Notes under the pieces: generated by a model
What the model was told of the DNA's origin: nothing
What the model saw: the letters and a program-made list of their open reading frames with translations, nothing else
Databases searched by the model: none
Part shown: piece after piece, positions 15,701 through 30,700 of the stretch
Layout: each line of letters starts with the position of its first letter
How positions within the stretch are numbered: position 1 is the first letter of the stretch
Program-made: the position numbers and the translations under genes
Assembly (NCBI GenBank): GCA_036172245.1
Contig: JAYWIR010000001.1
Coordinates: 2,604,001-2,668,000, forward strand
Length of the DNA stretch: 64,000 bases
Origin: Raillietiella orientalis
Lineage: Eukaryota
Direction: 5' to 3'

Positions 15701-18700
15701 TTTTAAACTGACAAAGTTTTCAATAATTTTTGTTTCTGTACATAGCCATCATTGTAAGACATGTTTTGATTAACCATTAAAAGCACGTAATGATTTATTA
15801 TCAACCTTTTCATAAGAAACACTGATTTAAGTTATACTTTTTAAGAATACATACCAGAGAACAAGCTACCTTCCGAACATTTAGGAAAACAAATTCTGTT
15901 AATCTTAATTACGTACAGCAAAATTTTCAATTCCTAAATTCTGAAAACGGCTTGCCAGCATCAGAAGTGAACAAATATTTTGAATAAATGGAAATTAAAT
16001 GCAACACAATCATTAGAGAAAATATAATTAAAGAAAGGAAAAAATGTATACAATATCAGGTAATTTTATACAAAAATTACAAATATTAGTTCACTGGTAC
16101 ATTAATGGATACATCCAACAAATCTTAATCAATAACTCAGTATTCCAACATTTGGAGCTCATAACAATTGAATGCTGATATAAATCATATTTTCTAAATA
16201 CTGTGTGCACAAATTACTTCATTCACAAATTCAAAGTCTCACTTTTATGCATGAAAAAAATCACAAGTATTATTAGCAAACAGAAAAAGAAAAATCCACA
16301 TGGATACACAATCAATGAGGTATGCAGGTTTTTCTGTGTTGGTGACGCTTGTTTTATGATTAAAAATTCTAAACAAATGATAGATAATAATCATAATAAC
16401 AGTTAATAATAATCATTTCATGGATAAAAACATCGACATGAATATAAATTTCAATAATAATCAGAAACTTTATAATAAATTTGTGAAAGCAGATAAATTT
16501 GTGTATAACAGATAACAGACAGAGTACACAATTTTATAAAGTACTTAAAAATGTCAATGGATAAACTATCTGCAAACACTAACAGAATATATTGGAAAAA
16601 AAAAAAAATCCATATTTTTAATTAAAGAATTTGAGGAAATTGATTCAATATGGAATGCTGAAGCATTCCATATGGAATCAATTTCTTATTTATGCATACA
16701 TCAAATGTACAGATATGGTCCCCATTAAATGGAATCCAAGACATCGGAATTATCAGAGATTATAGAATAAGCTATATTTTTATATTATTAAAAATTAGTT
16801 AATTATGGCATGTTACCTAATATAATTAGGAAAAGATATCAAAAAGCTACCTGAACCAATGCCTCCTAAAGTATTTGATTCATATGCTAATCCTGTCATT
16901 CCTCGCAAATTTCCATTTGCTGATCTTGGAGCAATATTAGGAAGATATAAAGAGCCAAATCCTTCATATACCATATTGAATTCCACAAAGGGTGACAAAT
17001 TCTCTGGCTCTAAAAAAAGTTTCCATATCAAACATTGAAAACTCGTAATTAAAAATATCAAAAAATTACTTTAAAAATACATCCCTTTAAATTGTAATAT
17101 GCACAATATGCAAACAAAAAAGAATTTAAGAGTTTAATTCCAAATAGTTTTCGCCATTCTAACATTCAACACTGGAGTGCTTCATCCTAATGCAAACAGA
17201 ATTTAGATTTATACTGTGATACGAGATTCATAATAACTTTTTCAAAGACATTCGAGTTTTATTCGATCTTATTATTCTGGCGTACTTATCACATCTAGCA
17301 ATTACAATTTCTGAAAGTGTAATTCTGGTTCATACTTTGACTCATAACTGATATTTTTATACGCTACTGACTAATGTATAATTGTTAAGTCTTTCATAAC
17401 ACGATCCTCAGCTAGTGAGATTTGGGGAAGATTTCTGTTGAAAGTAAAAAAAACAAAAAAGACTAGTTAAAAACACTGAACTTCTGATAAGATCAGTTTT
17501 TATGCCTCTAATCAGGCAAGTAAATTCAATCTGATCAACAAAACGATAAGTTTATGATACATTATGTTAAAAAGCATGAATGTATCCTTCCAATCTGGAA
17601 GAGAAATTTTTTGTACATCAATTAATATAAGAATTCTAATGTTTTCCGGCCATATTAACATCAGTTTCAAGAAAACTTCAAAGAAAGGCGCAAATTTCAA
17701 GTTTACAAATATAAATGTTCAAACAAACAAACAATGCTTGCATTTATAAATTTTCTTTATGTCCTTTTTTGAAGTGAACAATTAAGTCTACTTTAAATAT
17801 TGGTTTTACTTCTATTTTGTCTAGGTTTCTTTATGATAAACATATTTTTTAAATTCCACCTGCATAGAGTTTTAATAAAAATTCTTTAATATGAGGATGA
17901 ACAAAACTTGTAACAACTTTTACTACTTATGATAACTGAGAGCGAATGCAAAGTATTTTGATGGAAGGAATTAAAATGGAAAGTATTTTATGACTAAAGA
18001 TTGAATCGTAAGCTCGAACTGCCTAGAAATCTTGTTTACCACAAATGCAAAGTTCATATTAAAAATAAAGTAATAAAGCATTATAAAACATATAGAAGTT
18101 CCATCCAGCTCATGGATCACAATTCTAAAACTTAGGGAAGCATTACCTTTTTGTTTTTAACACATGCACACACAAAATCACCAAAAAATTCTTAAACACA
18201 GAACATCTATTGACGTGTTACCTTATACTTTTGAAGCTGCTAAACAATTTTTCGGGTGTGCAAATAGAAAAAATATCAGAATTTATATTTTACACACGAC
18301 AGCATGAAACTTTAAAGGCATTTAGCGTACAACATATTGTGCGAATAATATACGCTAATCAAAAATTGAACTTCTGGTGTTAATTTGGAATAGTGGATAC
18401 ATGAATATTTGCTACTAACCAATGTAAAGTTTTATATTCACACAACAAGCAAGAACTCATTTAAAAATATTTCGCTCGGGTAGCAAAATTCATATGAAAC
18501 TGAAACTGAAAAATGAAACTGAAACATGTAATGAAATAGCAGTCTGATATTTTTGTAAATCCGTGTTTGCAATTTTTCAAATACTGGATTTACACTTGTT
18601 GTGCAATCATTTTTCTTTTTTTCAAATACAAGTTAACATGCTAAACATGTTTTTTTTTTTTTACAACGGCATGAAAAATCACATAAAATACACCATATTG

Positions 18701-21700
18701 TGATAATGAGTTATAGAAACAACGGAAGAATATAAATACAACCAAAGGCGTTCTTGCAGATGAATGATGAAGTGCTTGTTTCCGTGAAGCTACACATTTT
18801 ATACCTATTATTCTAATCTTAAGATTGGAATAATTCATTATTATGAGAGTTTCAAACTGAGAAACATGACAAACTGAGAAACTGATTTCAAACTGAGAAA
18901 CACGACAAACTTGGCAGCATTACCAATCAGACAGATTGCACATGGATTATTTAGACAATATGACTCTTCTTATAATCCGCAAAACAGAAAAAAATATTGC
19001 TAGAGTCCGTAAGTGGACTAGAATACTCATGGGAGACTGATCCATGATCAAGACTGTTCATAACTTTTAATAGAACTTTTATTATGCTTAAGAAAGCATA
19101 TACTAGATACCATGCTCTGTAGGTAATGCAAAACTCAGAGAACCCTGCAACATTTATTCAATAGACACTTCATTGGTTTCGAGGTAAATCCAAACAAAAA
19201 ATACGACAAAAATTAAGCAACTTCAGTTTGCAATATAGCGAACGAAATTACAATGATCATACCAATATTCTTGTAGGTTGCCATAGACGCTAATGTTTTT
19301 ATTCTAGACAAGGGAATAAGGGTTCCTTTTACTTGATTTTCTGCAACTTCCTCTTCATCAATAACACAACGCAATGGGTTACCAAATCGAAGGAAAGTTC
19401 TAAAAGTGAACAAGAGCATCAAGCTTATAAGAACTTAAACTGAGAAGAGCAGGGCCAATGCAACATCACACATATGAAGCAGCAATGAGATTTGAATGTG
19501 ATCACCGCTGAAACTTTAAGGTTTTTCTACAGAACACTTGTAATGACTATCACAGGTTCAATCAAATCAGCACTCATTCAATTTTTAACCTGACAGGTAA
19601 TTTCAACCTTTCAAGTTTCAATAAGCAATAGTACAAGGTTCAAATACAAAAGCGTTGCTATATTGTTTCATTAAATACTTGAATCTTTCTGTTATATTTC
19701 ATCAACTGCACTTTTCATTATCATATCTCTTATTTGCATACAGAACCTCAAATTCCAATTTGATAAAACTTTCTACTCGTGCATATTAAGTACTGTTTTC
19801 TTATATATTTATTAAATATAAAGCAACAAATTAGTGTGCAACAAAATTGAAACATTTTTTCTGAATTTTGCAAACAATAAGATAATCATGAAATAATATA
19901 AAACTGAAAAGCTAACTACTAAAAACTTTTCATCCATTTTGTCTAATCACAAGAAAGCAAAAATATTGAATTGAAATTGAAATCACCAACATAAAATACA
20001 TAACACTTTGAATGATGATCTTTTTTCTTCATTTTGAACCCAATTGTTCTACCGTTTACAATTTCCTAAAATCCAAAAGTTTGATGCAAGCAAACATTGA
20101 AAGAATTTACTTTAATAAGGTAAATGAAAAGGCTACACAAAGGGAGAAATTATACATATTTGTTTTGAGTTTACAGATTGTTTGCACGTGTTTCAAAGCT
20201 CATAAGAAAATACCTAAAGTATTATGAATTTTTCGAGCACAGTTCAGAATTGGTTAGTTGCATAAAGAACTGATGTGTTTATACTAAATATTACCGTAAA
20301 TCAAAAGGTTCCATTTTGTGTGCTGCAAGGCGTTCTAAAATGTACTGTATCGGTGTATGCAATACATCTAATTCGTTTTCAAGGGCACTCTTGAATATTA
20401 GAAGTAACTCATTCAAGAATCCTGTTTGTGACATGATTTGTTGATTTCTTTCTGATCGCATGAGAGATTTCAGCATTTCTGCTATGAATAATTGAAGACT
20501 AATAGTGAGCTGAAAAAGTTACAATTCATTCATTACATTTTTCACTAAAATCCCAACCAAGAAATTTGAAACGATGAAATTCATGAAAATGTAACTCATG
20601 ATGTTAAATTGGAACAACATTGTGCAACTATAAAAGTAATTTTTTTAAAATTGACTTGAGATATAAAAAATATACAACACTCTGAAAACTAGATCACACT
20701 TTCTAAGTTTGTGTACAATAAAACATTAAAAACACATGCACCAATGAGGCAAAAACGCACACACATACAGACACACGCAAAATAATTGATAGTTTCTTGA
20801 ACAGACTTGAGAAAAACTCGAGGAATATTTTATCATATTGCAAAAGTTCTTCATGCCTGCAAACTAAACAAATAGCATTCTAGTTAAAAGAATCACTTCA
20901 CAATCAGAAACATATTGAAGGAATTAACTGGAGGAATTATTTATAATGAATGAAGATCGGATACTATCTAGGTAGACTGCTTGCCATTTACCTTTAGACG
21001 ATTATCAGATACGAAATCTGTGCAAATCACAATTACGATAAAACTCGAAGGAATTAAAATATTTTAATTGTTTTAACAAGTGCATAATTTTACTTTAATT
21101 AATTTCCATCATAATTTCATGATCTTCACACCTGCAAGATCTTATTCTATTTTGAAATTCGAATATTGCATTCTATGCTTGATTATAAACAAAGAAAAAT
21201 ATCCACTTATTAAATAAAATAGAATAGTTGTTGTTCAATTTAAGAAAGTCCTTTGATTTTTAAACCCTGTGATATTTAAAAAATTCAAAATTGTTCATAA
21301 TTCTTTACAAATTTAAATTACCAAATGAAAACTGTTTTTTCTTATTTATAATAAGTAAATTTTGCATCACCATAAACATAACAGAATCTGGAAAGCATGC
21401 CAAATGCACCAAAGATATACTTCTATTCCATAAATCAAAAAATCCTTTCCGAACTTGAGAACACTAGAGAAATTTTAAAATACATTAATTGGAGCCAATA
21501 CTCTTGTTTCAGATGAGTAATATTGTTTGATATACTTCAATCAAAATGGGAAGACATAACAAGACTTCTGTGCAAAATCAATTAAAGTTCTTATACAGAC
21601 AACAAAACTATTAGACAAAACAGAGAACAGGTGTGAGACAGATGTTTAAAAACAATAAAAAAAAGTCCAGGTTAAACATTCAACATGGACGTAAATCGAA

Positions 21701-24700
21701 TCAGAGCAACTCCAAATACAAATTTACCATTTATGCAACAACCAGATATAAGTAGCAGTGAGCATAATGCAGCTGTTAAGTAATAAAATACAGACTCTTT
21801 AAATTTTAACAGAAAGCTTCGCTCATGTGTTAAAATTGGTGATGCATAATCAACAATGCAAGGTTACGCACTTGTGACTATTGTACATAAAATTAAGCAG
21901 AAGACTCAAGAGCCTAAACAGATGGCATCATGCAAGAATAGGTTTTTGTAAATAAATTTTGATTTCAAGTAATTCCTAGCTTGCAGTAAGTAAACTTAAT
22001 GAACAGCCTTCAAAATTACACCAGAAAGAGAATCAATAAAAGTTGATAAAAATAACTGAGATAATGAATGATCCTTTGTTACATTTTGTCCATCTTTTAT
22101 ATTTCCCTAGGTAACAGAAAAAACCATTGGTCCAGGAATCATAGCATCAAGTTTTTGGAATATCAGAAACTCAGTGATAAGAAGTCTCAAGTATCCATAA
22201 TTTTTTACACAATAAGAATGTATGAAAAGAGAATGCGAACAGTCACAATCTTTTCTTCAATAATATCAAAATAATTTACAGACAATCAATAAAATGTTAA
22301 ATGTAATCAATCAAACAAAATGTCATCAATAAAATGCCAATAAAATGTAAATGAAATTGTTAATGTTGATAGCATGTACATACATTGGAATCTTCATTAT
22401 TGCAAACTGAGGGAATCAAGCGTAATACAGTAAACAAAATTCCAGGATGTACTATGATTATGTGTGACATGATGGATATGTTGAATGGTGTTCCACATAA
22501 TTTGTTGCGTTTTGAGTCAAATGTATTCACATTCTTGAATTCAAATGAATACGATTTATCAAAATTATCCAATGCTAAGTCACAAAGAAGTCTGAAGACT
22601 TTACAAGCATATCCTAATTTTAGTGGGATCCTGCTTGGTAATCTGAAACAAAAAGACAAAAACATAATTTAAAATACTCACTCCTTTGAAAATAGCTTAA
22701 CTTTAGAATTTTTAAATATTTACTTTACCTTTGATGAGTGTTATTTTGATTTATGTAATTACATGCTGCTGATTGCAGCACTTGAAGAATGCAAGAATAA
22801 ATTTTGTAAACAATATAGAAGAACAGTCACTTACTCTTCAAAGAAATTTTCGGCAAAAAAGATGTCTTTAAAAATTTCCGTCTGATCAAAGGTGATCTTT
22901 TGGCAACATGGTGGCATTATTTTTTCAAATGAAAAGCATCCAAACAAACGTAATGTATGGCACAGATTAAAATTCGACATCTAATTTGAAACACATAATT
23001 ATTAGGCAGTTAACATTAGCTTTCACTTGATAATTTGATAATGAAATAAATGCTTGACAAACTATGCCTACCTCTTGTTGGAAGTATTTAGCATTTCCAG
23101 GCTCAAATCTCATTGCCATACATATGGTCTTAAAAATACTATGTAAAATTATTAAAAGATCTTGCTGTTGAAATCTGCTGTGAAGTGATTCATCATCCAA
23201 CATATGTTCCAACGTCACCAAAATATTTATCAAACTTGTAAAGCCTCCTACTTTACGAAAAAGAACTCTTACACGATGGTTTGCCTTCAAGCAATTAGAT
23301 AAAATCATTAAAATTTCAGCTTTCGTTTTCAGATCCTCCAATTTAATTAAATATATGGTTTCTAGGAAAAGTCTAATCTCCTCTTCACTAGGTGAAAGCA
23401 ATATTGAACTCTGAATTACACCTGCAATCAAAATACAAACTCAGTGTGAACAAATGCTCAGCACTTTTGTATTAGAGAAACATATTATTGTCCTGACACA
23501 AAGAATGAAATTCACTTAGTTCTAAAAGTAGCAAAAACGAAATTTTGGGGAAAAATGCATCTTAAACTAATTATTATTTATATCTATATTTATATCTATT
23601 TAATCAGTAAACACATCCTTCATCATCATGAATTAAATTTGTTGTTTCAAAAAAAAAAAAATCAAATAAAAATGCAATAACACAAATTCCAATCACAAAA
23701 TGATGCTCTGCTACTTATCTTGACATGCACAAACACAAAGCTAAGATCCTTTGATATCATGAGACAGTATAATAACTGTTCAGAAAACTCTGAAAGATTA
23801 AGTATACACAAAAATCACATTATATTAGTTACATATGCAAACTCCAGATAGGTATTTAAAAAAGAAAGGATCGGGAAACACATCTGTCTGCATATCATTC
23901 AGCATCATGTACTTTCAAATACAAAATTCCATATCAAATTGAACATACTACGCATTTGATGGCTGCATATGATATGTATTTCAAACTTCAAGGGATGTAG
24001 GGTTTATCGCAGGTTATTGTTTATTGTTATGAATTGAACACATTATCAGAAAAGTTTCGTATTTGAATAATGGAATAAAGAACTTGATTATTTTGAATTT
24101 GAGATTACAATAAATGCGTAAACTTGATTATATGCTGTGAGGTTATTAAAGAAAGTGATATAAAAAACATATAACCTCTCATCACTTCCTTTATCAGTTT
24201 TTTTAAAAACTGGAACCTGATTTACTCTTTTGATTTACTCTACATATGTTATTTACTTTCCATTATGGATTACCATAATTATAAAATTATTAATAAAATG
24301 AATAATGTGTTAAAAAAGCAGTTCAGATATTACATGGATTTTACAATGCAGGAAACTGTTTTCTAGATTCGTCAAAATAAGCAGTAAATTATTCATTTAC
24401 AGACTTAAACGTAATTTGTATGACAATTTTCTAACAACAATTTAAGGGATTATAATGCAACGCTAAACCCTGGAAAGATCCCCACAAAACCTTTGAGAAA
24501 TCCTCAAAATCTTTAAATGATATCACTGAATATTTTACACAGATATTTGATAACAACTTGGCATGTGCTTGAAACATAAACAAACGTTTTAATAGACTAA
24601 TCGAAAGCTTTATAGGAATAAAAAACAAAAAAAAACATTAATGTGGTTGTATCAAAAAAGAAAAAAAGGGCAGAAACTCCGAAATATAACCATTATTAAG

Positions 24701-27700
24701 GTAATTTACCCAACAGCAGTGACAAATTCAAGTTATTCAATAGAGGTAATTTATATTCACAAAGAATTAATTTTAATAATTTTCTTTCAATGTGTAATGA
24801 CCGAAAATTTTCGAGACCCAAAATCAATTTATTGAAAATATGTACCAAAAGAAATCAAGTCTATGTCGTTTGTGAGATATCAGTATCAATAATTTTTAAC
24901 TCTAAATTGTACATTCTGATGCAAAGCATACACTTCAGACTCATTATCCAAATTCATCCAGTATATGAACAACTAAAACCAATTGATTAATCCAACTTTA
25001 AGTAACTTACTGTAAGCCAGTTTTCGGAACGTAGGCAATAAAATACATTTTTGCAAACAAACATAACCACCAATGTCTTTAAATGCACAAATATTTGCCA
25101 TACTTCCAGTTAGTAAAATACCAACCATTTCTAAGATCAAAGAACACATCTGTATAATTTCCCTCTGGTTATCATCACTCTCTGAATAGCATAAAATGAT
25201 TAATTTTAATTGCAATGCTATAATTACCTGATTTAATCACACATTCTAAAAATTTTCTCATTAAAAATAAGAGTAGCTCAAGAATTCCTACTTCTTTGAA
25301 GACTTCTTTAAAAATGACATGGGATCTGGAAAAACAATGCAAAAATCAAACACAAAGAGAATTAAGAATGATCTCATTTATAGAAATATGAATAAGAGAA
25401 CTGAAACCCCAAAATTACATGTACACAAAATTACAGCATAATGATATACCCACCTACCTTATATGAATACATTAATATCATAACTGAAAGTAGCTCATGC
25501 TATTCCTGACTCACAATTGCACTAAATATGATTCTGTGAAAAGAGTCAAGAAAAACGAAATTCAATTGAGATTTGCATGTGCTCTTGTTTGATAACGAAA
25601 ATTCATCGAAAAAGCCAACTGCACTGCTAACACCAACCTCATAAGTGAATAATTTACAAGAGTCATTTGTATGCACATGAATTACTTTTTCCATTTACTC
25701 TTTTTAGTGTGATGTTTTTGTTTAAATCTTTTGCCTCTCAATACAAATTTTTATTCAAAATAGCCAGATGAAACGTGGATGTATTGTCAGCTGATGCTGG
25801 CAAAACATGTGTTGAACATTGTACATATTTCTTGGGATAACATTGAGCAAATGCTTTGCCAGTATCACTGGAGCAATCACTAAAAAAAGATGTCCAACTG
25901 TTTTTGCATTTTTTTCCTGCAACTTTAGCAACGAAACGTGCTTGGTCACAGTGATAAAAAAATTCATGAAAGTTTAGATTGTTTATTCTATCTAGAGAGC
26001 TGATGCATAATTCACAAAATGATATTATTAATGTAATTACAAATCTGAAAGTTCTTTAATTATTTCTTTAATTAAGTGTTCAAAACTTACTAAGGGGATG
26101 CAGTCAAAGTTCCAAATAATTTGAAAAATGCTACTAACTTCATTATATGATGCCTGTTATATTCCTTGTCTATAAGGTATTTGTGGGAAAACGGCTTAAC
26201 ATAACTGCGTCTATGTTTTTATGATCACCTTAGCAAGAATTATAGTGTTTCCTGGCTTCTCATGAACGATCATTAGCAGCAGAGTAATTGATGCTGCCTG
26301 CAAAACTTTGATCGCATTTACTGCACTCTGTAGAAAGCACAGGCTTTTAACTGTTGACATTTTATTCAAGAACTGATTTTATTTATTTTTGTGTATTTTG
26401 CATGTTTAGATATTTCCAATGTAAAATGATTATAAGTTTCTTTACTGCAGTTATCTTTTCGAATCGGTCTTTTCCTTTCACCAAGAGTTGCAAATATATA
26501 ATGCTGTATAATATTATTTTAAATATAAAATATAATTTTTAGAACGAATGCTCAAATACAATTGAGTAGCACACCCTGAAAATATTGGAGAAATCGAAAA
26601 ATGAAATCAGCGGAGAAAAACATTACTTATATATAAACAAAGTAAAAAAAAAATTAAATTGTGAAAGATTTTTCGCTATTTCGATTTTACAAAAAATTCA
26701 GGAATAAATTCAAAAGTTGACTACCAGTGCTTATAAGGAACTGGAATTTCTCTTTCTGTTTCCTATATGGCATGCTGATTATTTAACTATGCTAGAATTA
26801 AGCATGCAGCATCATTTTTACTCACTTCAAAATTTTCAAGAAGTTTTTCAGGCATAAATGTATGAAATTATTACTGACTTGCTGATTCCTCATGGTTACA
26901 GATAATGCAATAAGTTCCTTGCATGGAACAAATTTCAATGTGAAAACGATGAATTCCAAAATCTCAAAGTATTTCATCTAAAAAATTCACAATAAACTAC
27001 GAAATACAACATTCTAAGGCTTTTTTAGGATTTAAACTTAAAAGAAAACTATTTCCACAAAATCCAGATTTTAGGATTTCTCAAGTCAGAGCACTCTTTT
27101 GGTAACTGTGAAGTGTTCTGATCCAACAAATTAACTAATTTCATTTACTTTCAAATTTGCTAAACATTCCTTATTTTTTAAATAAAAAATTGAAAATGAG
27201 GAAAACTTTCACCACATCAGAGACTCTTTAAACTCTTAGAGCTCAAAACAACTTAAAAAAATATAAGCAATAAAAATATATATTCTATTCCAAAATGAAT
27301 ACATGCGATAAAATAAGTAAAAAATGCAGTTCTAATATAATCATACAGTAGTAATACAAACTTGTACACATTCCGAATTCAGGTGAATTTTTTCTGCAAA
27401 CTGAGATAAGGGATGTTGGTTTGCAATTATGAAATAATTGGCAGGATCTGCTTTGAAAATATCAAGAATTGCTTGTAAGACAGAGTGGCAAATCTGTTCA
27501 GCTGTGGATTGCAAGAAAAGCTTTTGCAAGGCATTGAATGAGTAGATATTTCTTATGCTGGCACCTAAAATAAGTCAAGCACTAAAACTAGCATTTTTGA
27601 TTATTCTATGAAAACAATTCCTAAACATGATATAATAGATTAAGTTTTCGTCAATGGTAGCAAACTACAGAAAAAGGGATGCATGTATGCATTGTTTTCA

Positions 27701-30700
27701 TAAGGTCTGGATAAAAAACAAATGCCATCCTAATTTCCAACAATAATGAAATCATGTTATCGAATAATTACAAAGCATTAAAGATAATATTCGCTAATTT
27801 CCTGGAAATGTAGTTATGAAACTTTAAACTGATTTAAAACTTCCTGTACACACATCATGAATGTTTTCAGTTCACAGACAGTATACATGGCATTAGATGA
27901 TTGCCTACATATTGTCTTTTTATATTTTGTGTATAAATTTGGATGTGTTAATTTTTAAACAAATGTTTAAATTGATATGGAGAGACATTAATACAACTAT
28001 TAAGAACTACATACACAAACTATACATTATGTACTGATGAATGATGAATCATCAAGATCATTGTCAAGGGCACAAAATTACTGAGGTTATTCAAGTATTT
28101 GCCAACCAAAAAAAACATCAATGTGTTGACATACAGGGATAAATCAAATGCAATCTTTACGACTTATTATCAAGCTAAGATTTCTCAAGAGATAGAATAA
28201 GGCATTTATATTTATTGTATAAATTCAATTGATGGTAACTTAGATTCTTTGTAAGCAGCTGCTTTGAATACATGCAACCTCTTCATTTCTTTACCCTTCA
28301 AGATGCAATACTTAATGGAACAATCTCTAAAAGTCATGATTATTTGTAAGTTCTCTCCTTCTGTCTTAGTGGCGAAACTTTGACTACTCTACAAAGAATA
28401 CATATAATGTTCAATCATGGAGAAATCGATTACAAGCTAAAATTACAAATAAAGCCAATCTACCATCCTAATTTAACTATCATTTTGGTTTTCGCTGGTG
28501 TTTATTTATCTAAGTTCTTTAAAATTTCGAAACATGAAGCAAAAACATGTCCTAAATGCTATGCTAACTAGATATCAATGTGCTTAATTACATGAAGCAA
28601 TTTATAGAAACCTTGACCAACTTGTAATTCATTTCCTTCTACTTCAGTGCCTAATTAAATCGGGTTGAAAAACAGGGAGCATCAATTTTTCTAATTTTTA
28701 CTAAACTGCTGCTAATTAATTGAAGTTTTCGTCTACAACTTAGAACAATTAATTTTTCAATCATCAATTTTTCAGAATCGGAAAGCACGCATATTTATGT
28801 AATTGCTCGAAAATACTCCTCATAAACATGCTTAAACAATGTTAACTAGACAGACTAGAAACTTTTGCACTGTATTTATAAAAAGTAAATTTATTTTCTT
28901 ATCTAAAATTCTGCATATTCTTTCTTATCTAAATATCAGAAAATTCTCTTGAGATTCTTCAATAGGATTATTCATGTTATCTTTCATGTAAGAATCCTGC
29001 TTATGGTATCAGCACTATTAAAAGGACAGTAATGTTAAATGTTTCCTTTCACTGCAATTGTCATTTTAAACACATGCACGCCTACATTTCACTAGAAATC
29101 AATAAGATTATCTGAAGCATTCAATGCTGAAAGGATAAAGCTGAGCAATAAGTATTCTCATGATTACTATGAAAGAAAAGTATGAGTTAAACTCCCAGTA
29201 TTAATATTATAGTTAATTTTTGAAACCCCCAAACATTAAATACTGGACTTTAGAAAAATCAAACCTTTACTACAAGGTTGTGGCAGGATGAATTCTGGCA
29301 TTTGATACAGAGATTCTGCTATGGAATATGTAGGTTTCAATTCAGTAAATCCATAATAACACATAGAAGATAGCATATGAATGAAATTTGTTGCAGCATT
29401 TTGTGCTTCCAGTGATGAATCTTGCTGTAAACTGCAAAACAAAGTTGCTCACAAATGTTATGCTTTTTTTATACCTAAGAAAAAAGTCAATGAGAACCGA
29501 AAATCCAAAACAATTCTTAAAATCTTCAAGTAATAATTGTGAAACATCACTTGAATGTTTGAGAAAGCAGAATATGGTTACAAACATTTCGATAATATCC
29601 ATGGAATTAAGATGGCTTGCTTTACGCATATTGTCTATACATATTGACAGACAGGCTTTACCTAAAATACAAAAAGAAAAATGATCAGAACGAAATAAAA
29701 ACGAAGTACATTTCTGCTCATTTCTTCACAAAACAAAATTAGGGTCTCGTGATATCAATTTAATTAGTATCCAGTTTGGACTTATTTTTTTACATTTACA
29801 TCATTGAAAAAACCAATTTTATTTGGCTAACAAAAAATAAATGCAACAATCCAAGAATGTCATTTTAATAGCATACAACACGTAAAAAAATTCTTACTAT
29901 GAATGTATTTAATAACAAGAGGACTAAGGGCATGCCTAGAGATAGTCATTAGTAATTCTGCTGCACTTTTTCTCCATATATCATTATATTGTGGACACCA
30001 ACATGTAGAAGCACCAAATAATAAATACAAGTCATCTTTTTGCGCTAATTCTTCTGCTGAGCAAGAATGCGTGCAGAGTCTAATTAGAAGCTGAAATACA
30101 TATATGTTTGCAAATGAAAAAAATTTTAACACAAGATGGCAATGTTTAACATAATCTATCACAAATGAGAACGATTCATGTCTTTAGACATTAGAACACT
30201 CGCAATGTGGAAAGAAGTAATTCAATTTACAAAGACAAAAGCCTATGGAGGAATAAAAAAATGAGAACAAGATGTAATACAGGAAGCAGCCATCTTAATT
30301 TTCAGTTAGCAAGGGAATGTATATGAAAGAACTAAAATATGCTGCTGCAGGCTTTATGCACAATGCTATGAATTGTATCTGCAAACCTGTGGGGGGAAAC
30401 ATACATATATATATGTATGTATGTATGTATACATATTTACATCATAAAGATTATTGTTCCTAATACATCAAATGCACTCTCATTAATTTATCATTTGAAT
30501 GCATAAATTCATTATGAAATACAATTACTCGTCAAATGTACTAATTTAAACTTATTATGAGTGCTAAACACACCACATTTTTCAATGATTAGAAACAAAT
30601 TACTAATACAATACTGTGTTCACATTTAATTCTGCCTCAATTTCACCTGTACCTTGCAATGGACATAGGATCCGATTCAAATTAGATAATTAAAATTTTT

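Noticed and set aside
18497-18911. TGAAAC / AAACTGAG short repeats as a CRISPR-like array
   Set aside because: Eukaryotic intron, no regular repeat-spacer structure and no cas genes.
26221-26331. Open minus-strand stretch after an AG as a candidate extra WDFY3 exon
   Set aside because: Exons 8 and 9 join in phase and match the family without it.
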